From a virus (taxonomy: Duplodnaviria; Caudoviricetes): DNA of 45,851 bases. The notes under the pieces are model-generated. The model saw only the letters and a list, made by a program, of their open reading frames with translations. It ran no database searches and was not told the DNA's origin. A program made the translations under genes and the position numbers. Location of the stretch: IMG/VR virus record IMGVR_UViG_3300005980_000004, positions 1 to 45,851 of that record. One strand, given 5' to 3'. Below are positions 35,665 through 44,583 of this stretch, in pieces (the stretch's first letter is position 1; each line of letters starts with the position of its first letter).

Positions 35665-36390
35665 ATGAAAAAATGGTACGAACTGGCAAAGGCCAGAATG
35701 AAGGAACTCGATATCACCCAGGATCAGGTCGCCGAGCAGATGGGCGTCAGCCAGGGCGCGGTCGCTCATTGGCTTGGCGGTCGCCGAGAGCCATCACTTG
35801 AAAGGATCAGCGCGCTTTTGGAGTATCTAGGGCTTTCCTCAATATTCCGCGAGAACGGCGCCGGCCCGGCCGAGCGTCGCCCAGTTGAGGCAAATGCCGA
35901 GTACCTGGGCGATATGGCGGTATGGAGCGATGGTGATCCGCTGGAGGACGATGAGTGCGCGGTCCCCTACTATGCAGAAGTCGAATTTGCCGGCGGAGAC
36001 GGTATGACAGTTGTGATGGAGGTCGCAGACAGGACGCTTCGTTTCAGCAATGCCACCTTGCGAGCTGCAGGTGTTGAGTGCGAGAACGCGGCGGTGGCCA
36101 GGATTCGCGGCACCAGCATGGAAAAGCTGATCTTGGACGGCGCGGCCATCGGCTTCGACCGCGCCGACATATCAGTCATCGACGGCGAGATCTACGCTTT
36201 CAACCATGAAGGGATGCTGCGCGTAAAATATCTATACCGGCTTCCCGGCGGCGCCATCCGCATCCGCAGCGAGAACGCTGACGAGTTCCCCGATGAGATA
36301 ATGAGCGCGGAGCAATACCGGCACGAGGTCAAAATGCTTGGCCGTGTCTTCTGGTGGTCAACCGTCCGCCGATCCCCGAAAAAGAAATAG
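35665..36390 (+). CDS. cI: CI-type repressor (HTH plus S24 peptidase)
   Basis: N-terminal HTH, AG cleavage site, GTSM catalytic Ser and RVK catalytic Lys. Confidence 0.95.
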   Translation: MKKWYELAKARMKELDITQDQVAEQMGVSQGAVAHWLGGRREPSLERISALLEYLGLSSIFRENGAGPAERRPVEANAEYLGDMAVWSDGDPLEDDECAVPYYAEVEFAGGDGMTVVMEVADRTLRFSNATLRAAGVECENAAVARIRGTSMEKLILDGAAIGFDRADISVIDGEIYAFNHEGMLRVKYLYRLPGGAIRIRSENADEFPDEIMSAEQYRHEVKMLGRVFWWSTVRRSPKKK

Positions 36391-36404
36391 CCCAACCCGC
36401 CAAC

Positions 36405-36431
36405 AAGGCCCGCCACTGAGCGGGCTTTTTT
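36405..36431 (+). terminator. Terminator after cI
   Basis: GCCCGC-CACTGA-GCGGGC followed by T6. Confidence 0.8.
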
Positions 36432-36492
36432 GTGCCCGCGATTCGGCGCAAATCCTGGCACTGCGTAATTTATTACGGAAGCTCAAAAATTT

Positions 36493-36534
36493 ATTACATC
36501 GAGTATTGACGCTGATTATTACAGCGCGTAATGT
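36493..36534 (+). promoter_or_regulatory. pL promoter with OL operators
   Basis: TTGACG(36506)-N17-TAATGT(36529); ATTACatcgaGTATT (36493) and ATTACagcgcGTAAT (36518). Confidence 0.8.
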
Positions 36535-36540
36535 TCACTA

Positions 36541-36900
36541 CATCGAGTCACCCAACAGGGACTCGCCAGGGCCTTACAGCTCGCCGCTCTTTGGTTACAC
36601 CCCTTGCCGGATCACCACCGGCCCAGATTCAAAGGCAGCGATGAACCGGCCTTAACGGTTCAGAGGGTTGGCAACTGACCCGGGCGTGCAGCGTAAAGCG
36701 CCAAGAACAGTTATCCAGCGGGAGAACAAGCCGAAAGGCCCGCGGCTGGAAGAACAGCGCGATTCAAGCCAGTGAGTGCAGCCAGTAGCTGATCACGGCT
36801 CGCAGATGGCTCCCTGCTGATTCAGGTAGCCATCTGTTATCTTCACAACTGCCGCTTAAAACCCCTAGGCGGCAGTTGGAAGAGAACAGAACCGAGGACG
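36541..36900 (+). ncRNA. Structured pL leader with boxA-like site
   Basis: CGCTCTTT at 36585; several hairpins including GCAA and GAAA tetraloops; no long plus-strand ORF. Confidence 0.45.
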
Positions 36901-36904
36901 GGTC

Positions 36905-37078
36905 ATGACCAAGAAAGAGTTGCAGGCCTTGGCGCCTGAGCTGCTAGCGGCTCTTGAGGCGCTGTACAAGGCATATGCAGAGGAAATGTTAGCTGAGTAC
37001 AACACATGGGACCCGGATGATGGCGGGCACCCAGAGGCATTGAATGCCAAGCGCCTGATCGACCTAGCCAAGCAGTAA
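36905..37078 (+). CDS. 57-aa hypothetical protein (not in ORF track)
   Basis: MTKKELQALAPELLAALEAL...; GAGGA RBS; followed by a terminator. Confidence 0.65.
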   Translation: MTKKELQALAPELLAALEALYKAYAEEMLAEYNTWDPDDGGHPEALNAKRLIDLAKQ

Positions 37079-37096
37079 CCGGCAACGATTCACAAC

Positions 37097-37119
37097 AGCC
37101 CGCACTTCGCGGGCTTTTT
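37097..37119 (+). terminator. tL1-like terminator
   Basis: AGCCCGC-ACTTC-GCGGGCT followed by T-run. Confidence 0.75.
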
Positions 37120-37183
37120 CATGGGTTTCACAAATGCCTCTAGCCCCTCCCTGGAGGTATTTGGAAGCCCGGGAGGCCAGGCC

Positions 37184-37438
37184 ATGCCCAAGTACATGCT
37201 CGATTACATCCGGCTATGCCGTGAATGCAGCCTTGATCTGCGCACAGTCGGAAACATGCTCACCGTCGTGATCCCTTCGCTGCAGCGTGAGGCAGCCGGA
37301 CTGCGCAGCGCGGTGAGCGAGTTCGCCGGGGACTTCCCTGAGCTCGAGCAAGACGCTGAACTGCTGGAGTCAGCCATACGCGCCGGATTTCAGCGCTGCA
37401 AACCTCAACCGCTGCAGCAAGATCTATTCGCTGCGTGA
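37184..37438 (+). CDS. Hypothetical protein
   Basis: GGAGG RBS; 84 aa. Confidence 0.7.
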   Translation: MPKYMLDYIRLCRECSLDLRTVGNMLTVVIPSLQREAAGLRSAVSEFAGDFPELEQDAELLESAIRAGFQRCKPQPLQQDLFAA

Positions 37439-37511
37439 ACCCTCTCCTTGCACGTCAGCCAGACGAAAATTGGCCCGATCCTTTCCTTGGGGAGACTCGT
37501 ATAGGTAGAGG

Positions 37512-37800
37512 CTGCATCGGAGTGTGATTTGTGGATCGGTTCGACGGTATGAAGGCCGGTATCGCCACAGATACGCAGCGTAAGGCGACGGGCGCCCGGT
37601 AGCCGAACGCGTAAGTCTTCCAGGTTCGATTCCTGGGCAGATCACACCCCGATGCAGATGAATGCGCAGGCTGATGCGTGAAGACGTAGTCAGGAGGACG
37701 GAGCAAAACGAGGCTCCATGTTGCCAGCAGTTGCGTGACGATCGTTGCTAAGCGCGCTGGCAGAACCTGAAAGGCCGGGATCAGCTCCGGCATCTGCATC
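37512..37800 (+). ncRNA. Two overlapping tRNA-like structured RNA modules
   Basis: 20-bp and 10-bp closing stems, a canonical T-arm, and complementary loops GCTGAT/ATCAGC. Confidence 0.55.
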
Positions 37801-37903
37801 ACCCTTCTCGCCTCTATTACGTCAGCACTCACCCCGCGCCCATCGGCAACCAGCGGGAGGCATGAGGGTTGACGAATACAGGTGAACCAACCCGGAGAGA
37901 GTC

Positions 37904-38221
37904 ATGAGCGATTCATTCCAAAGTAAAAACATCGTCAAGGCGCGAAGCCCGCACAACTGCGAATGCTGCCGCCGAACCATCAACCCTGGCGAGCGGTACA
38001 TAAATATTGCCGGGAAGTGGGATGGCGATTTCTACGCAGTCAAGACCTGCATGGGCTGCGACAGCCTCATGGATTTGATCTGGCAGTTCGATGTAGATCA
38101 CGGCGGATGGCTTGCAGAGGATGGCCTGCCTTTCCGCGAGGTAATCGAAATCGGCGAAGAGTTCGGCCTTATTTGCAGGATTCCAGAGCGGCCAACCATT
38201 ACAGCCGCCCATTCCGCCTAA
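37904..38221 (+). CDS. Hypothetical Zn-binding protein
   Basis: KAR..H.CECC...I.PGE.Y and C..C motifs; GGAGA RBS. Confidence 0.75.
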   Translation: MSDSFQSKNIVKARSPHNCECCRRTINPGERYINIAGKWDGDFYAVKTCMGCDSLMDLIWQFDVDHGGWLAEDGLPFREVIEIGEEFGLICRIPERPTITAAHSA

Positions 38222-38242
38222 CCCCAAACACTGGAGGTCGCC

Positions 38243-38503
38243 ATGACCGTCACGACAGAGAGCGCCGCGGTGTTCCGTGGCGGTGGGCGCAGGTGGTTCA
38301 CGCTGCGCGCTGCATGCAAGGCAGAAGCCCGAGCGCTGCTGAATAAGCACTGCGCCTGCGACTACTGCGACCACGAAGGCTGGGGGCGCGAGGATCTGCC
38401 ATGCCGCCTTCATCATCCAGACCGCTACCCCCGAATCATCAAGCGCCTCACTGACGGCCTCGTGCGCCGCTACCGAGCGCAGACAACGAGAACACAGCCA
38501 TGA
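38243..38503 (+). CDS. Hypothetical protein
   Basis: GGAGG RBS; GRRWFTL.AA motif. Confidence 0.7.
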   Translation: MTVTTESAAVFRGGGRRWFTLRAACKAEARALLNKHCACDYCDHEGWGREDLPCRLHHPDRYPRIIKRLTDGLVRRYRAQTTRTQP

Positions 38504-38799
38504 GCGCAACAGTTGAAGTGAGTTGCGCATGGTGCGCCGATAAGTTCACCGCACGAACTGCTGACCGAAAGCGCGGATGGGGCAGGTTTTGCTCAAAATC
38601 GTGCAAGTCCAGCAAACAGAAGTACGGCGCTACCAAATCCTTTTGGGAAAAAGCCAACCCTAACAATAAGCGCAGCAATATCGCCAAGTACGGTGAGCGC
38701 CTGTTGCGCGACAGCGACGGATGCATCAACGACGACGTTGATATTTCCGATATGGATTGGGGCGCCAGCGATGGCGGCGGTTACGAATCAATCAGGTGA
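38500..38799 (+). CDS. Hypothetical zinc-finger protein
   Basis: CAWC...F...RG.GRFCSKSC. Confidence 0.7.
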   Translation: MSATVEVSCAWCADKFTARTADRKRGWGRFCSKSCKSSKQKYGATKSFWEKANPNNKRSNIAKYGERLLRDSDGCINDDVDISDMDWGASDGGGYESIR

Positions 38800-38813
38800 G
38801 CCTGGAGGCGACC

Positions 38814-39251
38814 ATGAACGCAGCATTGAAGATATGCCAAGAGCGTTACGACGCTCAGTTGCCTCCAGAGGTAAGTGAGGCGGACCCGGAACAGGAGTGG
38901 CTGGAACACTCGGCGGAACAGCTGGTGTGCGGGATGGACATCAAGTGGAAGCGGCGCTTTGGTCGTCCGCAGGTGGTGACCTTCGACCGGTATTGCACCT
39001 ACCTGCAAGGCATCCTGAATCATCGCCAGGAAGAAGGCCTGGACGAGCGTGACTCGTTCGCCCGCCTGTTCCTATCCTCGATCCTCGGCAGTCAGGCGGA
39101 TTCACGCGGCCACGCTGCTGACTTGATCGGCCAGCCCCGCCCCATCGAAGCCGCAGAGAAGATCGCCATCGCGCTGCTCAGGCCCTACGCCGCCGACGCG
39201 GTGGCAGCAGAGCGCGAAGCGGCCGAAGACGACGTGGATGGTGACCTATGA
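38814..39251 (+). CDS. Hypothetical protein
   Basis: GGAGG RBS; MNAALKICQERYDAQLPP start. Confidence 0.75.
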   Translation: MNAALKICQERYDAQLPPEVSEADPEQEWLEHSAEQLVCGMDIKWKRRFGRPQVVTFDRYCTYLQGILNHRQEEGLDERDSFARLFLSSILGSQADSRGHAADLIGQPRPIEAAEKIAIALLRPYAADAVAAEREAAEDDVDGDL

Positions 39252-39463
39252 ATAACCCGACCACCCTCGCCCGCCTGGGCCTGGAAATCACCAAGATGAA
39301 GAAGTCCTGCACCCCGGTGCCAGACCGAACCTTCGTCATGGGCATGATCGAAATGGCGGAGTTTGCCAGCCTGATCGACGCCCGCACCGCCAACCGTTAC
39401 CGCGATGCACTGGACGCCAAGTTCGTCGAGCGCAACCAGCAGCTCAAGAGGGCCGCCGCATGA
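39248..39463 (+). CDS. Hypothetical protein
   Basis: ATGA-coupled 71-aa ORF. Confidence 0.7.
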   Translation: MNNPTTLARLGLEITKMKKSCTPVPDRTFVMGMIEMAEFASLIDARTANRYRDALDAKFVERNQQLKRAAA

Positions 39464-39654
39464 CCACTTCGCCAGTAAAAACGATCGTAGACGAGCAGCT
39501 CGACGACATTGAGCGCCGAATTGCCATTCTTGGCTTCCGCCTTCCCTTCAATGAACTGATCGGCCGCAAGCGGGAAGAGCTGGTGCGTGACCTGCCGGAT
39601 CGCCTGGCACCGACAATGAAGGGCGGGCGGATCGCGGTGAGGGTTCGGCCATGA
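39460..39654 (+). CDS. Hypothetical protein
   Basis: ATGA-coupled 64-aa ORF. Confidence 0.7.
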   Translation: MTTSPVKTIVDEQLDDIERRIAILGFRLPFNELIGRKREELVRDLPDRLAPTMKGGRIAVRVRP

Positions 39655-40007
39655 ATCCGCGCATTGAAAAGAAGCTGAGCAAGCGGCTTGTTCGACTGTA
39701 CCCATCGCTCTATGGGCGCGCCTGGATTGACAGTGATCATTCGGAGCTTGCCTACGACGAAAACTCGAATGTTCGGCATTGCCCAAGCGTTGGAGGCGAG
39801 TATGACTCATACAGCGGCGACAGCAACGAGTCATACACCGTATGGGCTTCCTGGCTACAGATGTGGCCTTGGCACGGCCCGTTCGAAGAGTATCCGCATG
39901 GTCACCAATTCGCGATGTACCCGAACACCGAAGGCTTCAAGCCAACCACGCGAAACCTGCTGAAGCTGGCTGCGGAATGCGAGAAGGCCGAGCGACTGGA
40001 ATCATGA
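39651..40007 (+). CDS. Hypothetical protein
   Basis: ATGA-coupled 118-aa ORF. Confidence 0.7.
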   Translation: MNPRIEKKLSKRLVRLYPSLYGRAWIDSDHSELAYDENSNVRHCPSVGGEYDSYSGDSNESYTVWASWLQMWPWHGPFEEYPHGHQFAMYPNTEGFKPTTRNLLKLAAECEKAERLES

Positions 40008-40120
40008 CCACCCGCCAGCGCACCCGGCGCATGCTCATCTGGTGCGGCTCTTTCTATGCCCTCGCCGTCTGCACCTTCCTAATGTTGCTCGGCGCCCTCG
40101 CTGATCGAATCACTCAATAA
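40004..40120 (+). CDS. 38-aa single-TM peptide
   Basis: MTTRQRTRRMLIW...LLGALADRITQ; ATGA-coupled. Confidence 0.6.
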   Translation: MTTRQRTRRMLIWCGSFYALAVCTFLMLLGALADRITQ

Positions 40121-40163
40121 CCAACACCTTCAATCGCTGCGAGCATCGCGGCAAGGATTCCTC

Positions 40164-41321
40164 ATGTCCGCACAACAGCAAGTAATCACCATTGACGACA
40201 TCAGTGCCGATAACGCGCCGACCATCTACGTCACCGGCGGCCTGGGTCAGTTCTTCGACGCAGTGCAGGCCGAGGTCACCGGCGAGGTGCCCGACCTGGC
40301 CAGTCGCAAGGGTCGCGAGCGCATTGCCTCGCTGGCCGCGAAGGTCAGCAAGTCGAAGGCGGCAGTCGAGAAGCCGGGCCGCGACTACCTGAAGCGCCTC
40401 AAGGAAATGCCGAAGGTGGTCGAGGCAGAGCTGCGCGAGTTCGTCACCAAGATGGACAACCTGCGCGACGCTACCCGCAAGCCGCTGACGGACTGGGAAC
40501 AGGCAGAGATTGCCCGTACCGACAAACACGTCGACGGCATCCAGAACATCAAAGACCTGGCCTTTTTCGAAGAGTCGCCGAGCGCCGCCAAAGTCGCCCA
40601 GATCATCGCCGACTTGGAGCTGATCGCGATCAACGACACCTGGGAAGAATTCTTGGCCGAGGCCGCCCAGGTGAAGGATCAGACCCTGACCAAGCTGCGC
40701 GGCATTCTGGCCGAGCGCACCCAGTACGAGGCCGAGCAAGCCGAGCTGATCAGGCTGCGGGCTGAGGCAGAAGCACAGGCCCAGCGAGACCGCGATGCAG
40801 AGATTGCCCGGGTAGCGGCTGAGCAGGCACGAATCCAAGCTGAGCAGCGGGCCCAGGCCGAGCGTGATGCAGCAGCGCGCCGCGAACAGGAGTTGCTGGA
40901 CCAGGCAGCAGCAGCGCAACGGGCAACCGAACAGGCCGCCCGCGATGCAGAAGCCGCCGCCGAACGCCAGCGCCTTCAACTGGAGCTCCAGGCGGAACAG
41001 TCAGAGCGCCATGCCGCCCAAGCCAAGGCCGACCAGTTGGCAGCCGAGCAGCGCGCCGAGCAGGAGCGTTTGGCCGCCGAGCAGCGACAAGCGCAGGCGG
41101 TTGAGCAGGCCCGCAAGAACGAACTGGCGCGCCAAGCCGCAGCCGCAGCGTTTGAGCTTGAGCAGGCCCAGGCCCGCGAAGCCGACGAGGCGCACCGCAG
41201 TGCAATAAACCGTGCCGCCCTAGACGCTTTCATTGCTGGAGGTATGCCAGAGGAATGCGCCAAGCAAGCAGTCAAGCTGATCGCCCAGCGCAAGATTCCA
41301 GCCATCACCATTTCCTACTGA
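40164..41321 (+). CDS. Coiled-coil protein preceding RecT
   Basis: Long Ala/Glu/Gln/Arg helix; N-terminal KGRERIASLA.KV.KSK; C-terminal IP..TISY. Confidence 0.8.
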   Translation: MSAQQQVITIDDISADNAPTIYVTGGLGQFFDAVQAEVTGEVPDLASRKGRERIASLAAKVSKSKAAVEKPGRDYLKRLKEMPKVVEAELREFVTKMDNLRDATRKPLTDWEQAEIARTDKHVDGIQNIKDLAFFEESPSAAKVAQIIADLELIAINDTWEEFLAEAAQVKDQTLTKLRGILAERTQYEAEQAELIRLRAEAEAQAQRDRDAEIARVAAEQARIQAEQRAQAERDAAARREQELLDQAAAAQRATEQAARDAEAAAERQRLQLELQAEQSERHAAQAKADQLAAEQRAEQERLAAEQRQAQAVEQARKNELARQAAAAAFELEQAQAREADEAHRSAINRAALDAFIAGGMPEECAKQAVKLIAQRKIPAITISY

Positions 41322-41328
41322 GGTCGCC

Positions 41329-42273
41329 ATGAGCCAGGCCGTCGCAACCATCACGCAGGACATCTACGGCGCGCGCAATCAGTTCGCCAATGTCCTGACC
41401 GACCGCTCGCTGAACTTCGAGCGCGAGGCTGAATTCGCTATTCAGGTGATCACCTCCAGCGAGTACGCCACCAAGATCGCCGTCCAGAACCGGCAGTCAG
41501 TGGTCAACGCCATCACCAACATCGCCGCAATCGGCATCAGCCTGAACCCGGCGAAAAAGCAGGCCTACTTAGTCCCCAGGGACGGGAAGATCTGCCTCGA
41601 TATCAGCTACATCGGCTTGATGGATCTGGCCATGGCCACAGGCGCTATTCGCTGGGCCCAGGCCGAACTAGTCTACACGGCTGATTCATTCGCGCTTAAC
41701 GGCTTCGACAAGCCGCCGACCCACTCATACAACCCGTTCGCAAAGGATCGCGGCGAGGCTGTCGGCGTGTATGTAGTGGTCAAGACCGCCGACGGTGACT
41801 ATCTCACTGAGACGATGAGCATCGACGACGTGAACGCCATCCGCGACCGCTCCAGCGCCTGGAAGGCATGGATTAGCAAGAAGTCATCCTGCCCGTGGGT
41901 CACCGACCCTGGCGAGATGATGAAGAAGACAGTGGTCAAGCGAGGGTACAAGTACTGGCCAAAGACAGAACGTCTGGAGCAGGCGATCCACCACCTGAAC
42001 ACCGACGGAGGAGAAGGCCTTGCATCAATTCAGGGATCGGCACCAACCGATACAGAGATGGTGAACGACTGGATTGATCTGGCGATGCGCGCCGGCAGCC
42101 TGGAAGCACTCGCCGAGGTTTACCACAACGCCACGTCCGCCATGAAACAAGCCAAAGACGCTGCTGGTCATGCCCGCTTCAAGGTGGAAGTGACCAAGCG
42201 CAGCGAAACCCTGAAAGCAGCAGCCGAGCCTATCGAGGGCGAAGCTGAGGAGGTGTTAGATGGAGCAGCGTAG
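41329..42273 (+). CDS. recT: RecT-family ssDNA annealing protein
   Basis: GISLNP, AYLVP, ISY.GL and PW.TD..EM..KTV.KR..K.WP motifs. Confidence 0.92.
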   Translation: MSQAVATITQDIYGARNQFANVLTDRSLNFEREAEFAIQVITSSEYATKIAVQNRQSVVNAITNIAAIGISLNPAKKQAYLVPRDGKICLDISYIGLMDLAMATGAIRWAQAELVYTADSFALNGFDKPPTHSYNPFAKDRGEAVGVYVVVKTADGDYLTETMSIDDVNAIRDRSSAWKAWISKKSSCPWVTDPGEMMKKTVVKRGYKYWPKTERLEQAIHHLNTDGGEGLASIQGSAPTDTEMVNDWIDLAMRAGSLEALAEVYHNATSAMKQAKDAAGHARFKVEVTKRSETLKAAAEPIEGEAEEVLDGAA

Positions 42274-42892
42274 CGCTGAATGGTTTGCGGCCAGGCTTGG
42301 GAATGTCACAGCCAGCCGGGTCAAGGACGTGATGGCCAGCGGGCGCGGTGGTGCGCCTTCTGCCACTCGCAAAAACTACATGATGGAGTTGTTGTGCGAG
42401 CGACTGACTGGTCAGCAGGGCGGCATGGATCTTTCGCGCAACGCGGCTGTTCAGCGCGGCGTCGAGCTTGAGCCATTCGCCTGCATGGCCTATGAGGCTG
42501 ACAAAGACCTGATGGTGGTCGAGACTGGATTGGTCATGCACCCGACCATTCAAGGTTTCGGCGCATCGCCAGACGGTCTATCGGGTGATGACGGCGTGCT
42601 TGAGATCAAGTGCCCTAACACTGCGACCCACATCGCGACCATGCAGTCCGGCAAGCATGACCCTCAGTACGAGTGGCAGATGCTTGCCCAGATGGCTTGC
42701 ACAGGCCGCAAGTGGGCTGACTTCGTGAGTTACGACGACCGCCTTCCCGAGGAGCTTCAGTACGTCTGCTTCCGGTATGAGTTTGACTTCAAACGAGCCC
42801 GCGAGATGGAGGCCGAAATAAAGGCATTCCTGGAAGAGCTGGCCGAACTTGAGAAGGAAATGCGGGAGCGGATGGGGAGCAAAGCAGCATGA
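42260..42892 (+). CDS. YqaJ/lambda-exonuclease family protein
   Basis: QRS.EW...R.G.VTAS, GASPDG and LEIKCP motifs. Confidence 0.92.
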   Translation: MEQRSAEWFAARLGNVTASRVKDVMASGRGGAPSATRKNYMMELLCERLTGQQGGMDLSRNAAVQRGVELEPFACMAYEADKDLMVVETGLVMHPTIQGFGASPDGLSGDDGVLEIKCPNTATHIATMQSGKHDPQYEWQMLAQMACTGRKWADFVSYDDRLPEELQYVCFRYEFDFKRAREMEAEIKAFLEELAELEKEMRERMGSKAA

Positions 42893-43482
42893 TCAGCAAC
42901 CACCTAGGCATGGTCGAGGCTCTTCGGCCGGCATCGAACGAACTGGCCGCAGCGGTCGAGCAGTTCCTGGCGGCCGGCGGCCATATCGAAGAAGGGCCGG
43001 CCTGCGGCTACATCCCCAAGCCCATCACCTACAGCAACCAGATGCCGCCAGCGCCAAAGCCGTTTGTGCGGCGCCGGGTCGAGCCGGCTCCCCTACCATT
43101 TGCGCCGCTCGACGTCAGGAGCGACAAGCGCGCAAAGCAGGCAGAGCTGGCAAAGGCCCTGGCCACCACCCACACGCAAAGCCAAGCCTCTATGGCGCTT
43201 GGAATGACCAGCAAGACGCTCAAGGGCCTGGCAAAGGACTTCGGCTTCACGTTCAAGCGGTCAGAACACGGCGGCTACAACGGGCCTGAGCGCCAAAAGC
43301 AACTGGTCGAGCGAAACGCCAAATTTGCCGAGCGCATCAAGGAATTCAAGGCGCTTGGCATCACTCGCCGCCAGGCATGCGGAAAGCTCGCGATCTCCAA
43401 CAAGACGTTTGATCGAATCCTTGAAGAGCATGGAATTGATTATCCGAAAGCATGCCTTGGGCGTCCTTCATGCGCCGCATAG
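42889..43482 (+). CDS. Hypothetical protein with two HTH-like repeats
   Basis: FLAAGG.I N-terminal motif; two ...LG.S.KT...I/L...G helical repeats. Confidence 0.7.
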   Translation: MISNHLGMVEALRPASNELAAAVEQFLAAGGHIEEGPACGYIPKPITYSNQMPPAPKPFVRRRVEPAPLPFAPLDVRSDKRAKQAELAKALATTHTQSQASMALGMTSKTLKGLAKDFGFTFKRSEHGGYNGPERQKQLVERNAKFAERIKEFKALGITRRQACGKLAISNKTFDRILEEHGIDYPKACLGRPSCAA

Positions 43483-43551
43483 CCCGCACCCAGCAACGCA
43501 AACGTCAAACCTGGCTCGCACTGCCGGCCAGCGGAATAGAAGAGGTAGGCC

Positions 43552-43875
43552 ATGGCGAAATCACCACAGGAACGCTCGGCCAAAACTGCCAGGAAGCGCG
43601 TGGCGAATGCCGAAGAGGAACTGAGGCTCAGGGTTCGCCCAGGAACACGCCAGGCCCTGGCCGATCTGATGGAGTGGTCAGGCATTACTGAGCAGGGCGA
43701 GGCGATGACGCTGATGATTCATCACCTGCATGCGCTAGGCTCGAAAGCCACATTCCTGCTTGATCCGCCGCGCCACAAAATCCAGATATCCGAAAACGTG
43801 GCGCGGGAATTCCGCAATAAAAGCCTTCTCGCCATCCAGAAAGACCCGGGCGACGAGATCATCGAGCCCGCATAA
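43552..43875 (+). CDS. Hypothetical protein
   Basis: GAGG RBS; MAKS.QERS.K start. Confidence 0.7.
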   Translation: MAKSPQERSAKTARKRVANAEEELRLRVRPGTRQALADLMEWSGITEQGEAMTLMIHHLHALGSKATFLLDPPRHKIQISENVAREFRNKSLLAIQKDPGDEIIEPA

Positions 43876-43892
43876 CCCTTCGAGGAACACCT

Positions 43893-44504
43893 ATGAAAGC
43901 CAAGACCATTTCCATCGAGGCTGACGGCCTCAAAATCAAAGGCCCGGCGGAGCGCATGATTCATCTGCTGGCCGCAAGCATGTTTGCCCAGGCATTGCCG
44001 CCGGCAGCGAATGTTCAGCCAGCACCCCAATCCCCAACCCCGGAGATCGGCCAGCCTTGGCCGGGCCAGGGCGGCATCAACGGAGGCTTCGTCCATGCCC
44101 GCGGTGATGTTCCGGCGCATTATCTGATCATCGCCGCCAAGGACGTTGGAAGCCTTGAATGGGGTGGCCGTGGCGTTGAGGTGAAGGGTCTAAGCAAGAC
44201 TGACGGCTACACCAACACCCAGGTGCTGATCGGCAATGATGACGAGCGAAAGTACCCGGCGGCTGATGCCTGTGCCGAGTACCAGGCTGATGGTTATCAT
44301 GACTTCTACCTGCCGGCCGCTGCCGAGCTGTATCACTGCTGGCTGAACTATCCTGAGGTGCTCGCCCAGGACTGCTATTACTGGTCGAGTTCGCAGCGCT
44401 CAGCCTACTACGCATTCGGCATGTACTTCGGTGATGGCACTCAGCACTACAACGAAAAGCTCAACGAGCTCCGTGTCCGCCCCGTCCGCAGATTCTTTAT
44501 TTAA
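43893..44504 (+). CDS. DUF1566/CLec-like DGR target protein 1
   Basis: DG..NT, YLPA..EL, YWSSSQ...A....F..G and RVRPVRR motifs; carries VR1. Confidence 0.85.
   Translation: MKAKTISIEADGLKIKGPAERMIHLLAASMFAQALPPAANVQPAPQSPTPEIGQPWPGQGGINGGFVHARGDVPAHYLIIAAKDVGSLEWGGRGVEVKGLSKTDGYTNTQVLIGNDDERKYPAADACAEYQADGYHDFYLPAAAELYHCWLNYPEVLAQDCYYWSSSQRSAYYAFGMYFGDGTQHYNEKLNELRVRPVRRFFI
44379..44492 (+). repeat. DGR variable repeat VR1
   Basis: 98/114 identical to 45076-45189, with mismatches confined to nine AAY-like codons. Confidence 0.85.
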
Positions 44505-44539
44505 TCCTTCATCCATTCGTTCTTGATCCGGCACACCAG

Positions 44540-44558
44540 GGCGCACAGCGCCTTTTTT
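44540..44558 (+). other. Hairpin downstream of VR1 (DGR target-recognition cruciform or weak terminator)
   Basis: GGCGC-ACA-GCGCC then T6, about 50 bp after the GC-rich VR end. Confidence 0.45.
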
Positions 44559-44583
44559 GTTGCCTTCGAAAAGAGGAAGCATC

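Noticed and set aside
37600-37650. Canonical phage tRNA gene around GGTTCGATTCC
   Set aside because: No D-arm or anticodon arm at proper spacing and no CCA; kept only as a tRNA-like element.
40164-41321. TolA-like envelope protein
   Set aside because: The resemblance is only low-complexity Ala/Glu/Gln coiled coil; there is no TM anchor.
43470-43691. Arg-rich ORF MRRIARTQQRKRQTW as an N-like antiterminator
   Set aside because: It lies far downstream of the first pL terminator and largely overlaps a better-supported ORF.
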